Part shown: positions 1 to 11,617 of the stretch, piece after piece
Layout of the letters: every line of letters starts with the position of its first letter
Position numbering within the stretch: the first letter of the stretch is position 1
Assembly (NCBI GenBank): GCA_965218425.1
Contig: OZ244621.1
Span: 2,496,001-2,560,000, forward strand
From: an uncultured Candidatus Binatia bacterium
GTDB taxonomy: Bacteria > Desulfobacterota > Binatia > UBA9968 > CAXXLF01
Reading direction: 5' to 3'
Length of the DNA stretch: 64,000 bases
The notes under the pieces: model-generated
What the model was told of the DNA's origin: nothing
The model's input: only the letters and a program-made list of their open reading frames with translations
Database searches by the model: none
Translations under genes and position numbers: made by a program

Positions 1-340
1 CAAGCCCGAATGGGTGCGAGAGGTGGTGGAGCTCATCGTTACCGAGATGCGTCGTATGACAACAGCAAAAGTTACCCAGGACGAATTGGATCGGGCTAAG
101 AGTCAGTTAATCGGGAATATGATTTTGGGGTTAGAGTCCACCGACTCTTGGATGAGTCACATTGCAAGGAGTGAGATTTATTTCGGTAAGGCCATCACCC
201 AAGAGGAGATCTCGGCGGGCATACGTTCCGTCACCCTGGACGACCTCGTGGGGTTGGCGGCTAGGATCCTTCGCCCCGAGGAAGTTGCTCTAACCCTTTT
301 GGGCGATTGCGATAAGATCCCCTTGGACCTGACCCTCTAA
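1..340 (+). CDS. M16 (pitrilysin-like) zinc peptidase, C-terminal part (5' end outside the window)
   Basis: ELDRAKSQLIGNMILGLES...IARSEIYFG...IRSVTLDDL is typical of the M16 C-terminal domain; M16 peptidase directly upstream of dut is a familiar arrangement. Confidence 0.85.
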   Translation, partial: KPEWVREVVELIVTEMRRMTTAKVTQDELDRAKSQLIGNMILGLESTDSWMSHIARSEIYFGKAITQEEISAGIRSVTLDDLVGLAARILRPEEVALTLLGDCDKIPLDLTL

Positions 341-380
341 TTTCCGCTATCCCTAATGCGAGTTTTCTGGACTGGCGCCA

Positions 381-839
381 GTGGATGAGGTTGAAGTCCA
401 AATAAAGTGTGTGCGCTGGAGGGGCCCTGCTCTCCCCCTGCCCAGCTATATGACGGACGGGTCGGCGGGGATGGACCTCTACGCGGATTTGGAAGCCGAT
501 CTAAAGCTAGCACCGTTGCAGCGTGCCCTCATCCCTACTGGGATTGCAGTGGCGTTGCCCGTGGGATTTGAAGCACAAATTAGACCCCGGAGCGGTCTCG
601 CCTTGAAACAAGGCGTCACCCTGGTCAATAGTCCAGGGACTATTGATTCAGATTACCGCGGTGAGATCCAGATGATCGCCATCAATCTGGGTGGTGAACC
701 TGTGGTGATCAGCCGCGGACAAAGGATGGCTCAAATGGTGGTCCAGAGGGTCTGCCGCGCGCAATGGAAAGAGGTGGAATCTCTTCCCCCTACTCCCCGA
801 GAGGATGGAGGGTTCGGTCATACAGATGAAAAAAAGTAA
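381..839 (+). CDS. dut: dUTP diphosphatase
   Basis: dUTPase motifs [23 protein letters not shown] and GGFGHT. Confidence 0.97.
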   Translation: MDEVEVQIKCVRWRGPALPLPSYMTDGSAGMDLYADLEADLKLAPLQRALIPTGIAVALPVGFEAQIRPRSGLALKQGVTLVNSPGTIDSDYRGEIQMIAINLGGEPVVISRGQRMAQMVVQRVCRAQWKEVESLPPTPREDGGFGHTDEKK

Positions 840-917
840 TATCCGGTTTTCAGCCGTCCAGCTCCAGTTTTCTGATCCCTGCTGAACCCCGGAATTTAGT
901 AACCGAGTGCTGACCCT

Positions 918-2210
918 ATGATCGATCGATACAGTCGCTCTGAGATGGCGCAAATCTGGTCGGAGCGAAACCGATTTCAGATGTGGCTTGAGGTGGAAGT
1001 CTTGGCGGCGCAAGCCCTGGCGAGCCTCGGCAAGGTTCCGAAGGCATCGGCGCGCCGAATCAGGAAAAGTGCCCGGATCGATATCAAACGGATTCAAAAA
1101 ATCGAGGCGGATGTTCGTCATGAAATGATCGCCTTCCTGCGATCTTTAGCAGAAAGCTTGGGAGACGATGCGCGTTTTATCCATCTCGGATTGACCTCCT
1201 CTGACGTCATGGACACGGGTCTGGCCCTGCAGCTCAAAGAGGCGTCCTCGCTCTTAGTCAAAGACGTGAGAGAACTCATGAAGGTGCTGCGCCAACAGGC
1301 TTTTAAATATAAGAACACCCCCATGATCGGCCGAACCCACGGGGTTCATGCGGAACCCATCACCTTCGGCCTCAAATTCGCTCTCTGGTACGAGGAAATG
1401 CGTCGTAACCTGGGGAGGTTGGAGATGGCGGCGCGTGACATCAGCGTTGGAAAACTCTCCGGTGCCGTGGGGACCTTCGCCCAGATCTCTCCCAAAGTGG
1501 AGGCTTATATTTGCGAGAAGAGCGGGCTTATGCCGGACCCCATCTCAAATCAGATTATCCAAAGGGATCGACATGCATTTTTCTTTGCCACACTGGCGGT
1601 CATCGCCAGCTCCCTGGAAAAGTTCGCCGTGGAGGTTCGACACCTCCAGCGCACCGAAGTGATGGAAGCTGAAGAGCCCTTCGGCGCCCAACAGATGGGC
1701 TCCTCGGCCATGCCCCATAAAAGAAATCCGATTCTTTCGGAAAATATATCAGGTCTCGCTAGAATGGTGCGTTCCTACTCGGTGGCGGCCCTTGAAAATG
1801 TTCCCCTTTGGCACGAGCGTGATATCAGCCATTCCTCCGCGGAACGGGTAATCGGTCCAGATGCCACGATTCTACTTGATTTTATGTTACATCGAATTAC
1901 CTATGTCTTGAGAAATCTATGTGTCTATCCAGAGAATATGAAACGAAATTTAGAGCGTAGCGGCGGCGCCATCTTCTCAGAGAAGGTTCTCCTTCGTCTC
2001 GTGGATAAGGGCCTCGCGCGCGATGCGGCCTACCGGATCGTGCAGCGCCATGCTCTAAGGGTGCAAAAAGACGGGGGAGATTTTAAGCGGGAAGTCCTGC
2101 AAGACCCACAGGCCAGTAAATTTCTTTCCTCTGATGATATTAATGAGATATGGAAGGCCGAAGATCAGCTAAAGAATGTAAATCTCATCTTTGAGCGAGT
2201 CTTTCGCTGA
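918..2210 (+). CDS. purB: adenylosuccinate lyase
   Basis: MIDRYSR start, GRTHGVHAEP, and fumarate-lyase signature GSSAMPHKRNP. Confidence 0.97.
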   Translation: MIDRYSRSEMAQIWSERNRFQMWLEVEVLAAQALASLGKVPKASARRIRKSARIDIKRIQKIEADVRHEMIAFLRSLAESLGDDARFIHLGLTSSDVMDTGLALQLKEASSLLVKDVRELMKVLRQQAFKYKNTPMIGRTHGVHAEPITFGLKFALWYEEMRRNLGRLEMAARDISVGKLSGAVGTFAQISPKVEAYICEKSGLMPDPISNQIIQRDRHAFFFATLAVIASSLEKFAVEVRHLQRTEVMEAEEPFGAQQMGSSAMPHKRNPILSENISGLARMVRSYSVAALENVPLWHERDISHSSAERVIGPDATILLDFMLHRITYVLRNLCVYPENMKRNLERSGGAIFSEKVLLRLVDKGLARDAAYRIVQRHALRVQKDGGDFKREVLQDPQASKFLSSDDINEIWKAEDQLKNVNLIFERVFR

Positions 2211-2308
2211 AGGGGAAGAGCAGGTCGAACTGAGCCCTAAGGCTTGGGGACCCCTCGCCCTTGGTCCGGGAAGGCGGCAAGAGTCAATATCTAACGAGAG
2301 GAGAAACT

Positions 2309-3013
2309 ATGGAAAAGCGCGAAGCGATTTATGAGGGCAAGGCCAAAATCATTTATATCACGGACGATCCGGATCATGTCATCCAGTACTTCAAGGATGA
2401 TGCCACGGCATTTAATGCTGAGAAACGGGGAACCATTAAGGAAAAGGGGATCATGAATAACGAAATTTCAGCAGTCCTCTTTCGACTCCTGGAGGATCAG
2501 GGGGTTCCAACCCATTTCGTCAAAAGGCTGAACGATCGAGAGATGTTGGTCCGTAGGCTCGACATCATACCCGTGGAAGTGGTCATGAGAAACGTCATCG
2601 CCGGGAGTTTGGCCAAGCGGTTCGGAATGGAAGAAGGGGGTTCACTCGCCATACCGGTTCTGGAGCACTACTATAAGAGCGATCCCTTGGGGGATCCCAT
2701 GATCAACCTTTTTCATATTCGTGCCCTTGATATGGCCACGGACGCTGAAATGAAGGAAATTGAAAGGCTGAGCTTCTGGGTCAATGAAGTACTTAAGAAG
2801 TTTTTTGATGAACGGGATTTAATATTGGTGGACTTCAAGTTGGAGTATGGGCGCCATCACGGGAAGATTCTTCTTGGGGATGAGATCTGCCCGGACACCT
2901 GCCGCCTTTGGGAGAAAGGGTCTTTGGAGAAGTTGGACAAGGATCGATTCCGGCGAGACCTGGGAAAGGTAGAAGAAGCCTATCAGGAGGTTTGCCGAAG
3001 GGTCTGTGGCTGA
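2309..3013 (+). CDS. purC: SAICAR synthase
   Basis: YEGKAK, FKDDATAFN, LVDFKLEYG, DEICPDTCRLW, DKDRFR; start moved to ATG 2309 after the GAGGAG RBS. Confidence 0.97.
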   Translation: MEKREAIYEGKAKIIYITDDPDHVIQYFKDDATAFNAEKRGTIKEKGIMNNEISAVLFRLLEDQGVPTHFVKRLNDREMLVRRLDIIPVEVVMRNVIAGSLAKRFGMEEGGSLAIPVLEHYYKSDPLGDPMINLFHIRALDMATDAEMKEIERLSFWVNEVLKKFFDERDLILVDFKLEYGRHHGKILLGDEICPDTCRLWEKGSLEKLDKDRFRRDLGKVEEAYQEVCRRVCG

Positions 3014-3062
3014 GGGCAAGGTTGTCTCTCATGTTTCTTTTCCGATTGGAGCTGGATGTATC

Positions 3063-3305
3063 GTGCGCGCTAAAGTCTACGTAACCCCTAAGGAAGGTGT
3101 CTTGGATCCACAGGGTCAGACCGTTGAGCGTGCCCTTCACAGCCTGGGCTATGGTAACGTCCGGGGAGTCCGAATTGGCAAATACGTGGAGCTTGACATC
3201 GATACCTCTTCCCCTGCGCAAGCCCAACGTCAGATTCGGGAGATGTGTGATCGATTGCTGTCCAACCCCGTCATTGAAGACTGCACGTTTGAGATTCAAG
3301 ATTAG
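3063..3305 (+). CDS. purS: FGAM synthase subunit PurS
   Basis: VLDPQG, VRIGKYVEL and LLSNPVIED; GTG start at 3063 inferred. Confidence 0.95.
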   Translation: MRAKVYVTPKEGVLDPQGQTVERALHSLGYGNVRGVRIGKYVELDIDTSSPAQAQRQIREMCDRLLSNPVIEDCTFEIQD

Positions 3306-3322
3306 TCCGTGAGGTTAAATCC

Positions 3323-4030
3323 ATGCGTTGGGGAGTGATTGTTTTTCCCGGCTCCTGTGACGACTACGACGTCTACTACTGCCTAAATGACGTGCTGGAG
3401 CAGAAGGTGGAGTTTGTCTGGCACAAGGATAAACTCAAAGGTTTATGGGACTGTTTGGTGCTGCCCGGTGGTTTTTCCTATGGAGACTATTTGCGCCCCG
3501 GGGCCATGGCCCGTTTCTCACCGGTCATGCAAGGGGTCATTGACTTTGCGGGCAAGGGTGGGTTGGTCCTTGGCATTTGTAACGGTTTTCAGATCCTGTG
3601 CGAGGCGGGACTCTTACCAGGGGCGCTGATCAAGAACGCATCCCTTAAATTTACATGCCGTCAAGTCTTCCTTAGCCTAGTGGAGGATCAAACTCCTTTT
3701 ACCTGCCTGGCAAAGAAGGGGGAATTGCTGAAGCTTCCAGTAAAGAATGGTGAAGGATGCTACTACGCCGATGTCGTCACTGTGGAGCGTCTCCAAAAAA
3801 ATCGACAGATTCTACTGCGCTATGTGGATTCCAAGGGGAAGACCTCGCCTTCCGCCAATCCCAATGGTTCCGTGGACCATATCGCCGGGGTGTGCAATGA
3901 AGGTAAAAATGTTTTCGGTCTCATGCCACACCCGGAGCACGCCGCCGAGAAGATTTTGGGGAATGAGGATGGTCTCAAAATTTTCACCTCGGTGATGGCT
4001 TCCTGTAATCCAGAAGGGAAAAGGGCATGA
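3323..4030 (+). CDS. purQ: FGAM synthase glutaminase subunit PurQ
   Basis: [23 protein letters not shown] and GLMPHPE. Confidence 0.96.
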   Translation: MRWGVIVFPGSCDDYDVYYCLNDVLEQKVEFVWHKDKLKGLWDCLVLPGGFSYGDYLRPGAMARFSPVMQGVIDFAGKGGLVLGICNGFQILCEAGLLPGALIKNASLKFTCRQVFLSLVEDQTPFTCLAKKGELLKLPVKNGEGCYYADVVTVERLQKNRQILLRYVDSKGKTSPSANPNGSVDHIAGVCNEGKNVFGLMPHPEHAAEKILGNEDGLKIFTSVMASCNPEGKRA

Positions 4031-6306
4031 ATCGCCCCAACGAAAAAGGGCTGTCACAGCCTTCCCTCTCGCCGGAGGTGATCGCCTCCCATGGACTCAC
4101 CGAGGAGGAATACCGGAAAATCTTGGATACCCTTGGTCGAGAACCCAATTTCACGGAGCTGGGAATATTCTCCGTGATGTGGTCGGAGCATTGCAGTTAT
4201 AAGAGTTCCAAAAATCTACTCAAGCAATTGCCAACGCGGGGTCCAGCCGTCATTCAGGGTCCGGGTGAAAATGCAGGTGTCGTCGATGTTGGAGACGGGC
4301 TGGCTGCGGTGTTCAAAATGGAGAGCCATAATCACCCGTCGTTTATCGAGCCCTACCAGGGAGCGGCAACCGGCGTTGGAGGGATTCTGCGCGATGTCTT
4401 TACCATGGGGGCCCGTCCCATTGCATCTCTCAATTCTTTGCGCTTTGGCAGCTTTGATGATTCCCGCACGACCTACCTGGTAAACGGTGTCGTGGCTGGG
4501 ATTGGCGGATACGGGAACTGCATGGGTGTTCCCACTGTGGGTGGAGAAGTTTTCTTTGACGATTCCTATAACTCGAATATTTTGGTTAACGCCTTTACCC
4601 TTGGAGTGGCCAAGAGGCGACGGATTTTTAAAGGTAGGGCCAAGGGAGCTGGTAACTCGGTGATGTACGTGGGGGCCAAGACCGGTAGGGATGGAATTCA
4701 CGGGGCCACCATGGCCTCCGAAGCCTTTTCGGAAGAGGCTGAGAAAAAAAGGCCTACGGTCCAGGTGGGTGACCCCTTCACCGAGAAACTCCTGTTGGAG
4801 GCTTGTTTGAAGGTTATGGAGGGGGACTCGCTGGTGGGGATCCAAGATCTGGGGGCGGCCGGCTTGACCAGTTCAGCCACGGAAATGGCCTCCAGGGGTG
4901 GCACGGGTGTGGAAATCGATCTTTCCGCAGTGCCGTCGCGGGAGTCGGGTATGAGCCCCTACGAGATACTGCTTTCCGAATCCCAAGAGCGTATGCTCCT
5001 GGTGGTAAAAAAAGGCAGGGAGGAGGAGGTTAGGCGGATTTGCAGCCAGTGGGATCTGGATGCCGTTGTAATCGGAAAGGTCGTTAAGAACCGGCAGTTC
5101 CGTGCCCTGTTTGGGGGCGCAGAGGTGGCGCGCATTCCCATCGAGGCGTTGACCTCGGAGGCGCCGGTTTATAACCGCCCTGCTGAGCGACCCAAGTACC
5201 AAGACGATGTCCAAACATTAGATCCAAGCAAAATCGATGAACCTGAAGATGTGGGAAGCGCACTCAAGCGGCTGTTGGCATCCCCTAACATTGCTTCCAA
5301 AGAATGGGTTTACCGACAATACGACTATATTGTGCGAACGAACACCGTTTTGGCGCCTGGTTCGGACGCGGCCGTCATTCGCATCAAGGGAAGCCGCAAA
5401 GGGCTTGCCCTCACCGTCGATGGCAACGGTCGCTATTGCTATCTGGATCCATACATTGGGGGAGTTTTGGCGGTGTCGGAAGCGGCTCGAAACCTTGCCT
5501 GCGTGGGGGCGCGACCACTGGGTCTGAGCGATTGCCTCAACTTCGGCAATCCGGAACGACCCGATGTGATGTGGCAATTTGCCCAGATTATCCAGGGTAT
5601 GCGTGATGGTTGTTTGGCCTTAAAGGTACCTGTTGTGAGCGGGAACGTGAGCTTCTATAATGAAACCAACGGGGTTTCCATTTATCCAACCCCTACCGTG
5701 GCCATGGTGGGGACTCTCCCCAAGGTGGAGAAGCATATGACACCATGGTTCAAGTCTGCCGGAGACCTCGTGGTCCTTTTGGGACGTACCCGAGAGGAGC
5801 TTGGGGGAAGTGAGTATCTCAAAGTCTTTCACGGGTTAGTGAAAGGGACCCCCCCATGGATTGATCTTAGGCTTGAGCGGTCAGTGCAACGGTGCTGTGT
5901 GAGGGCCATCGACAAAGGAGTCATTCACTCGGCTCACGATGTGTCTGAAGGTGGTCTTGCCGTGGCCCTGGCCGAGTGCTGCATCATTGGACCGGGGAAT
6001 GGTTTGGGAGTGAAGATTGAGCTCCATGAAATGATGCGCGTGGATGCTCTGCTCTTCGGTGAGTCCCAATCGCGAGTCATTGTTTCCGTGGAGGAAAAGA
6101 GCCTGAATTTACTCAGAGAGATTGCCGAAAAAGAAGGAGCACCCATGCAGGTGATCGGCGTCGTTGGAGGAAGCCGTTTCGCAATTCAACCCATGGTCCA
6201 TCTGCCAGTGGAGGAACTCAAGACCATTTGGGCTGGGGGCCTGGAAAAACAATTAACTGGAACAGGGGAGAAGAGTGCACAGCATGGATTCGTGGAGCCA
6301 TGGTGA
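4027..6306 (+). CDS. purL: FGAM synthase subunit PurL (small type)
   Basis: [35 protein letters not shown] and [10 protein letters not shown]. Confidence 0.97.
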   Translation: MNRPNEKGLSQPSLSPEVIASHGLTEEEYRKILDTLGREPNFTELGIFSVMWSEHCSYKSSKNLLKQLPTRGPAVIQGPGENAGVVDVGDGLAAVFKMESHNHPSFIEPYQGAATGVGGILRDVFTMGARPIASLNSLRFGSFDDSRTTYLVNGVVAGIGGYGNCMGVPTVGGEVFFDDSYNSNILVNAFTLGVAKRRRIFKGRAKGAGNSVMYVGAKTGRDGIHGATMASEAFSEEAEKKRPTVQVGDPFTEKLLLEACLKVMEGDSLVGIQDLGAAGLTSSATEMASRGGTGVEIDLSAVPSRESGMSPYEILLSESQERMLLVVKKGREEEVRRICSQWDLDAVVIGKVVKNRQFRALFGGAEVARIPIEALTSEAPVYNRPAERPKYQDDVQTLDPSKIDEPEDVGSALKRLLASPNIASKEWVYRQYDYIVRTNTVLAPGSDAAVIRIKGSRKGLALTVDGNGRYCYLDPYIGGVLAVSEAARNLACVGARPLGLSDCLNFGNPERPDVMWQFAQIIQGMRDGCLALKVPVVSGNVSFYNETNGVSIYPTPTVAMVGTLPKVEKHMTPWFKSAGDLVVLLGRTREELGGSEYLKVFHGLVKGTPPWIDLRLERSVQRCCVRAIDKGVIHSAHDVSEGGLAVALAECCIIGPGNGLGVKIELHEMMRVDALLFGESQSRVIVSVEEKSLNLLREIAEKEGAPMQVIGVVGGSRFAIQPMVHLPVEELKTIWAGGLEKQLTGTGEKSAQHGFVEPW

Positions 6307-6384
6307 TTCAAATGCAGTGGGACTATAATTGATAGGCCGCCGGCCCTAGGGGATATTCGATTACCGACTAACCAAGTGTAGGTT

Positions 6385-7812
<1,428 letters not shown>

Positions 7813-8179
7813 TCGGTTTGGCCCCGAGCCCGTGTTCGGGCAGTCAGACGCTTTACCAGCTTTCCACCAGGGTGAGCGGAGTTCTCCTCGGGGAGCGAGT
7901 CTTCAGGTCGTGGGCAATACGCCTGTGAATATCTGAACTTGCACGTTCGATGCCCACGCCCTTCATCCTCATTCCCCTCGTCGCTGATCGCGATTGGGCA
8001 AGGGGGCTTGGACCAAACTAAGCAAGGAGTAGCAAGCGCTGAGCCCTGAGTGGGGAAAAGCTCAGGATTTTCTCCTAGCTTGCATTATTGCTATCTGATT
8101 ATAAACTCATCAGTGAGACTGCGGTTTGCGATGAAGGCTTGATGGCGTTTCCATTGGTCGGTACGGGAGAGTCTCGCGC

Positions 8180-8767
8180 GTGACTTCTCAAGAGATCATC
8201 AGAACGGCGGATTGTAAAATCAAAAGGCTAGCAGTTGCATTTCTTTTACTCATTTTCTTTTTCGGTGCTTGCTCCAGCCTTACCCCAGAATATGAGGTTC
8301 CATACATTCCCACACCCATGGCGGTGGTGGACCGTATGCTCGATCTGGCACAGGTATAAGGCGGTGATGTGCTATACGATCTAGGAAATGGTGACGGTCG
8401 TATCGTGGTCAGGGCGGCAAAGAGATTTGGGGTTCGTGGAGTTGGCGTGGATCTGGATCCGAGACTTGTCCAGCTACCTCGTGCCAACGCCCAAAAGGAG
8501 GGGGTGGAACATTTGGTTGAGTTCCGTGGACAGGACGAACTGGAAGTGGACGTCTCTCCTGCCGCGGTGGTGACTCTCTACCTGTCATCTCCGGTCAACA
8601 ACAGGCTCAAGCCAGGTCTAAGTAAACAGCTGAAGCCGGGCTCCAGGGTGGTGTCCCATGATTTTGCTATGAAAGGTTGGTCCTCCCCAAAAGTGGTGAG
8701 GTTGCCTGGAGGGCTCATTCATCAACACACGATTTACCTGTGGCGCGTAGATGATCAGCTAAGGTAA
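8180..8767 (+). pseudogene. class I SAM-dependent methyltransferase with lipoprotein-like signal; in-frame TAA
   Basis: One frame reads ...FFFGACSS...VPYIPTPMAVVDRMLDLAQV*GGDVLYDLGNGDGR...VVTLYL...LKPGSRVVSHDF; stop TAA at 8357-8359. Confidence 0.8.
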
Positions 8768-8808
8768 GGTTCGCATCTACTCGCATCGTGGGTGAGAAGT
8801 CAAAAAGG

Positions 8809-9222
8809 ATGGATATCGCCGAAGCGCGAAACTTTGTATCCAAGCACCATCACGGGGTGCTGGTGACACGGAAGCGGGACGGAAACCTTCAGATCTCGCC
8901 TGTGTCGCCGGCTATTGACGCCAATGGGCGGGTAATTATTAGCAGCCGGGAGACGGCCTTTAAAGTTAAAAACCTCCGTCGCAGCTCGCGTGCCTCTCTC
9001 TGCGTGTTCACCGAGGCCTTTCATGGTCTCGGTTGGGTCCAGGTGGACGGTAAAGCCGAGGTGATTTCTCTTCCGGAGGCAATGGAGCTCCTGATGGATT
9101 GGCACCGCCGAGTCAAAGGGGAGCGCCAGTATTGGGATGAGTACGAGAAAACCATGGAAAAGCAGCGCCGGGTGATCCTTCGCATCGAGATCGAGAGCGC
9201 CGGACCACGGCAAAAAGGATAA
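8809..9222 (+). CDS. PPOX-class (split-barrel) oxidoreductase, putative F420-dependent family
   Basis: GVLVTRKRDGNLQISPV, SSRETAFKVKNLRR, WVQVDGKAEV and RRVILRI match the Rv1155-like PPOX family pattern. Confidence 0.8.
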   Translation: MDIAEARNFVSKHHHGVLVTRKRDGNLQISPVSPAIDANGRVIISSRETAFKVKNLRRSSRASLCVFTEAFHGLGWVQVDGKAEVISLPEAMELLMDWHRRVKGERQYWDEYEKTMEKQRRVILRIEIESAGPRQKG

Positions 9223-9335
9223 CCATGAGATTCCAACGCCACCCTGTACTTATTCCCCTCCTTCTTGAACGCTTTTTCCTTTCCCTATAGTCAGTGAAAT
9301 GAAATTTAAAATCATTGCTCAAAGGGAGCGCCCAT

Positions 9336-10106
9336 ATGATTGAAGGACTAAAAGAGAAGGTGGTCATTGTTACCGGTGGTGCCCATGGCATCGGTAAAGC
9401 ATACTGTATGGGCTTTGGTGGGGCCGGCGCTCGGGTGGTGCTCGCCGATATCGACGGTGAAGCCGCCGCGCAGGTTGCTTCCCAAGTGATTCAGGAGACA
9501 GGGGCTCAGGCTCTGGCATTGGCGGTTGACGTATCTGACGAAAAATCCGCCAATGGGATGGCGGTCAAGACCTTGGAGCACTTTGGCAGGATCGATGTCC
9601 TGGTCAACAATGCGGCCATATTTGCCACCATCCCAATGAACCGCGGCAGGATCGAGACCATAGACCTCAAGGAGTGGGATCGATTGATGGCGGTTAACCT
9701 GAAGGGACCCTTTCTCTGCGCCCGTGCAGTGCTGCCCACCATGCGTGCCCAGAAGTCAGGGAAGATTATCAACATTGGATCTGGGACCGCGCTACTTGGG
9801 CCTCCCGGCCGGATTCACTACGTCGCCTCTAAGGCGGGTGTGCTCGGCATGACTCGGACCCTTGCAAGTGAGGTGGGCGAGGACAATATACAAGTGAATG
9901 CCCTTGTGCCGGGATCCACTCTTTCCGAAGAAAATCCAACCGAGGAGATTCTTCGAATGCGACAGCAAGGAATAGGCAACCGGGCGCTAAAACGGGTTCA
10001 GGTGCCAAAGGACCTAGTGGGTGCCATGCTCTTTTTAGCCTCGCCACTAAGCGATTTTATGACGGGCCATTCCCTGGTGGTGGATGGCGGTAGCGCAATG
10101 CGTTAG
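9336..10106 (+). CDS. short-chain dehydrogenase/reductase
   Basis: TGGAHGIG Rossmann motif, VNNA, YVASK catalytic YxxxK, and C-terminal VDGG. Confidence 0.93.
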   Translation: MIEGLKEKVVIVTGGAHGIGKAYCMGFGGAGARVVLADIDGEAAAQVASQVIQETGAQALALAVDVSDEKSANGMAVKTLEHFGRIDVLVNNAAIFATIPMNRGRIETIDLKEWDRLMAVNLKGPFLCARAVLPTMRAQKSGKIINIGSGTALLGPPGRIHYVASKAGVLGMTRTLASEVGEDNIQVNALVPGSTLSEENPTEEILRMRQQGIGNRALKRVQVPKDLVGAMLFLASPLSDFMTGHSLVVDGGSAMR

Positions 10107-10187
10107 AATCTTCTTACCATCGCAGTGTTGTCCGACTTGGCGTGGATCTACCCGCGGTGCACGGTTTTAATAGCAAAAGGATTCACT

Positions 10188-11573
10188 GTGCCTTCAGACG
10201 AGAAGTTGATTGCAGAATTAGTACGACTGCTTACGCCAGATCAGGTTCTAACTGACCCGGTTCAGCTGGAGGAACACTCCTGGGATGCCCTCGGTGAGGG
10301 TAGGATTCATCCTCTAAGAAGACCCCAATCGGCTTTACCCTTCTGCGTCGTTCTACCAGCCACCACCGATGAAGTTCGAGAGGTTGTCGGGCTGGCCAAT
10401 TCGGAAAAAATCCCCATCGTTCCCTTTGGAGGCGGGTCAGGACTCATGGGGGGGGCCATCTCTCTCAGCCCCGGTATTGTTATGGATCTTGAGCGAATGA
10501 ATCGAATTTTAGACGTGGACGTGGAGTCGCGCATGGTGCGCGTTCAAGCGGGGAGGGTGCTCGAGTCATTGAATCAGGTATTGAACGAAAAAAATTTAAT
10601 TCTTGGTCATGATCCCTGGACCGTGCCGGTGGCTACCGTTGGCGGCACCATATCAACCAATGGCCTGGGATACCGCGGCGGAAAATACGGTTCCATGGGC
10701 GAGCAAGTTCTGGGACTCGAGGTGGTGTTACCCCAGGGCGAGATTTTCCGAACCCGTGCGGTTCCCAAATCCTCTACGGGGATCGACCTCGGACATTTGT
10801 TCATTGGCGGGGAGGGTTGTTTTGGCATCATTACGGAAGCGGCCTTGAGGGTTTTTCCTCTACCCGAAGAACGCTCGCTGGAGGCCTTTCGTTTTTCTTC
10901 CTTTGAGGCTGGCTTTAAAGCCATAAAGAAAATATATGGGCAGGGTCTGAAACCCTCGCTGATGGACTTCGGGGACGATGCCACCAAATTTGATGGCGGG
11001 GCAGTTCTCTATTTGGGCTTTGAGGGCGCGAAGGAGGCGGTTCGATTGGAGGAACAGATTGCCTCGGGAATCTGCCATGGGGGCGGCGGCAAAAAACTCC
11101 CTGGCGATGAGGCGGAAAGGTTTTGGGGTGAGCGTCATGTGGTGGCCCGCCGGTTTGTGGAAAATCGCCGGGGTAGGAGAGGGCGCATGCGGGATAATCT
11201 CTATCGAGATTTTATTCATGTTGCGCTACCCTTATCCGAGGTTTTAGCCTTCAGGAGAGCAGCAACAGAAGTGGTGGCTAAGTATGGGGTTCAATTACAG
11301 GAGAGCGGTTTGTGGACTCAGCCGGAGCTTTTCTCCATGCGTCTGGCTGCATCGGAGGGCGAGCAAAATCAGTCAAACCTCGAAACGGCCGTTGAAGAAC
11401 TTCTTGGTCTGGTCCAAGAGAGAAACGGTTCCATGGAATACTGTCACGGAGTGGGGGTCAAGCTTGCACCGTTTATGGCCGAAGAGCACGGTACGGCGCT
11501 GGAAGTCATGAAGCGGATTAAAAAGGTGGTTGACCCCAACCGCATTATGAACCCTGGCAAGATGAGCCTTTGA
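10188..11573 (+). CDS. FAD-binding oxidoreductase (GlcD / alkyl-DHAP synthase-like, FAD_binding_4)
   Basis: VPFGGGSGL, ATVGGTIST, FIGGEGCFGIIT, and C-terminal HGVG...DPNRIMNPGK; GTG start at 10188 inferred. Confidence 0.88.
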   Translation: MPSDEKLIAELVRLLTPDQVLTDPVQLEEHSWDALGEGRIHPLRRPQSALPFCVVLPATTDEVREVVGLANSEKIPIVPFGGGSGLMGGAISLSPGIVMDLERMNRILDVDVESRMVRVQAGRVLESLNQVLNEKNLILGHDPWTVPVATVGGTISTNGLGYRGGKYGSMGEQVLGLEVVLPQGEIFRTRAVPKSSTGIDLGHLFIGGEGCFGIITEAALRVFPLPEERSLEAFRFSSFEAGFKAIKKIYGQGLKPSLMDFGDDATKFDGGAVLYLGFEGAKEAVRLEEQIASGICHGGGGKKLPGDEAERFWGERHVVARRFVENRRGRRGRMRDNLYRDFIHVALPLSEVLAFRRAATEVVAKYGVQLQESGLWTQPELFSMRLAASEGEQNQSNLETAVEELLGLVQERNGSMEYCHGVGVKLAPFMAEEHGTALEVMKRIKKVVDPNRIMNPGKMSL

Positions 11574-11617
11574 TGCTAATTTTTGCCGCCAAAAGATAAA
11601 CGAGTCTTCACATCAGC

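Noticed and set aside
7813..8179. Intergenic region after purF with short hairpins (CCTGAG/CTCAGG)
   Set aside because: No convincing ORF, riboswitch consensus or extended structure
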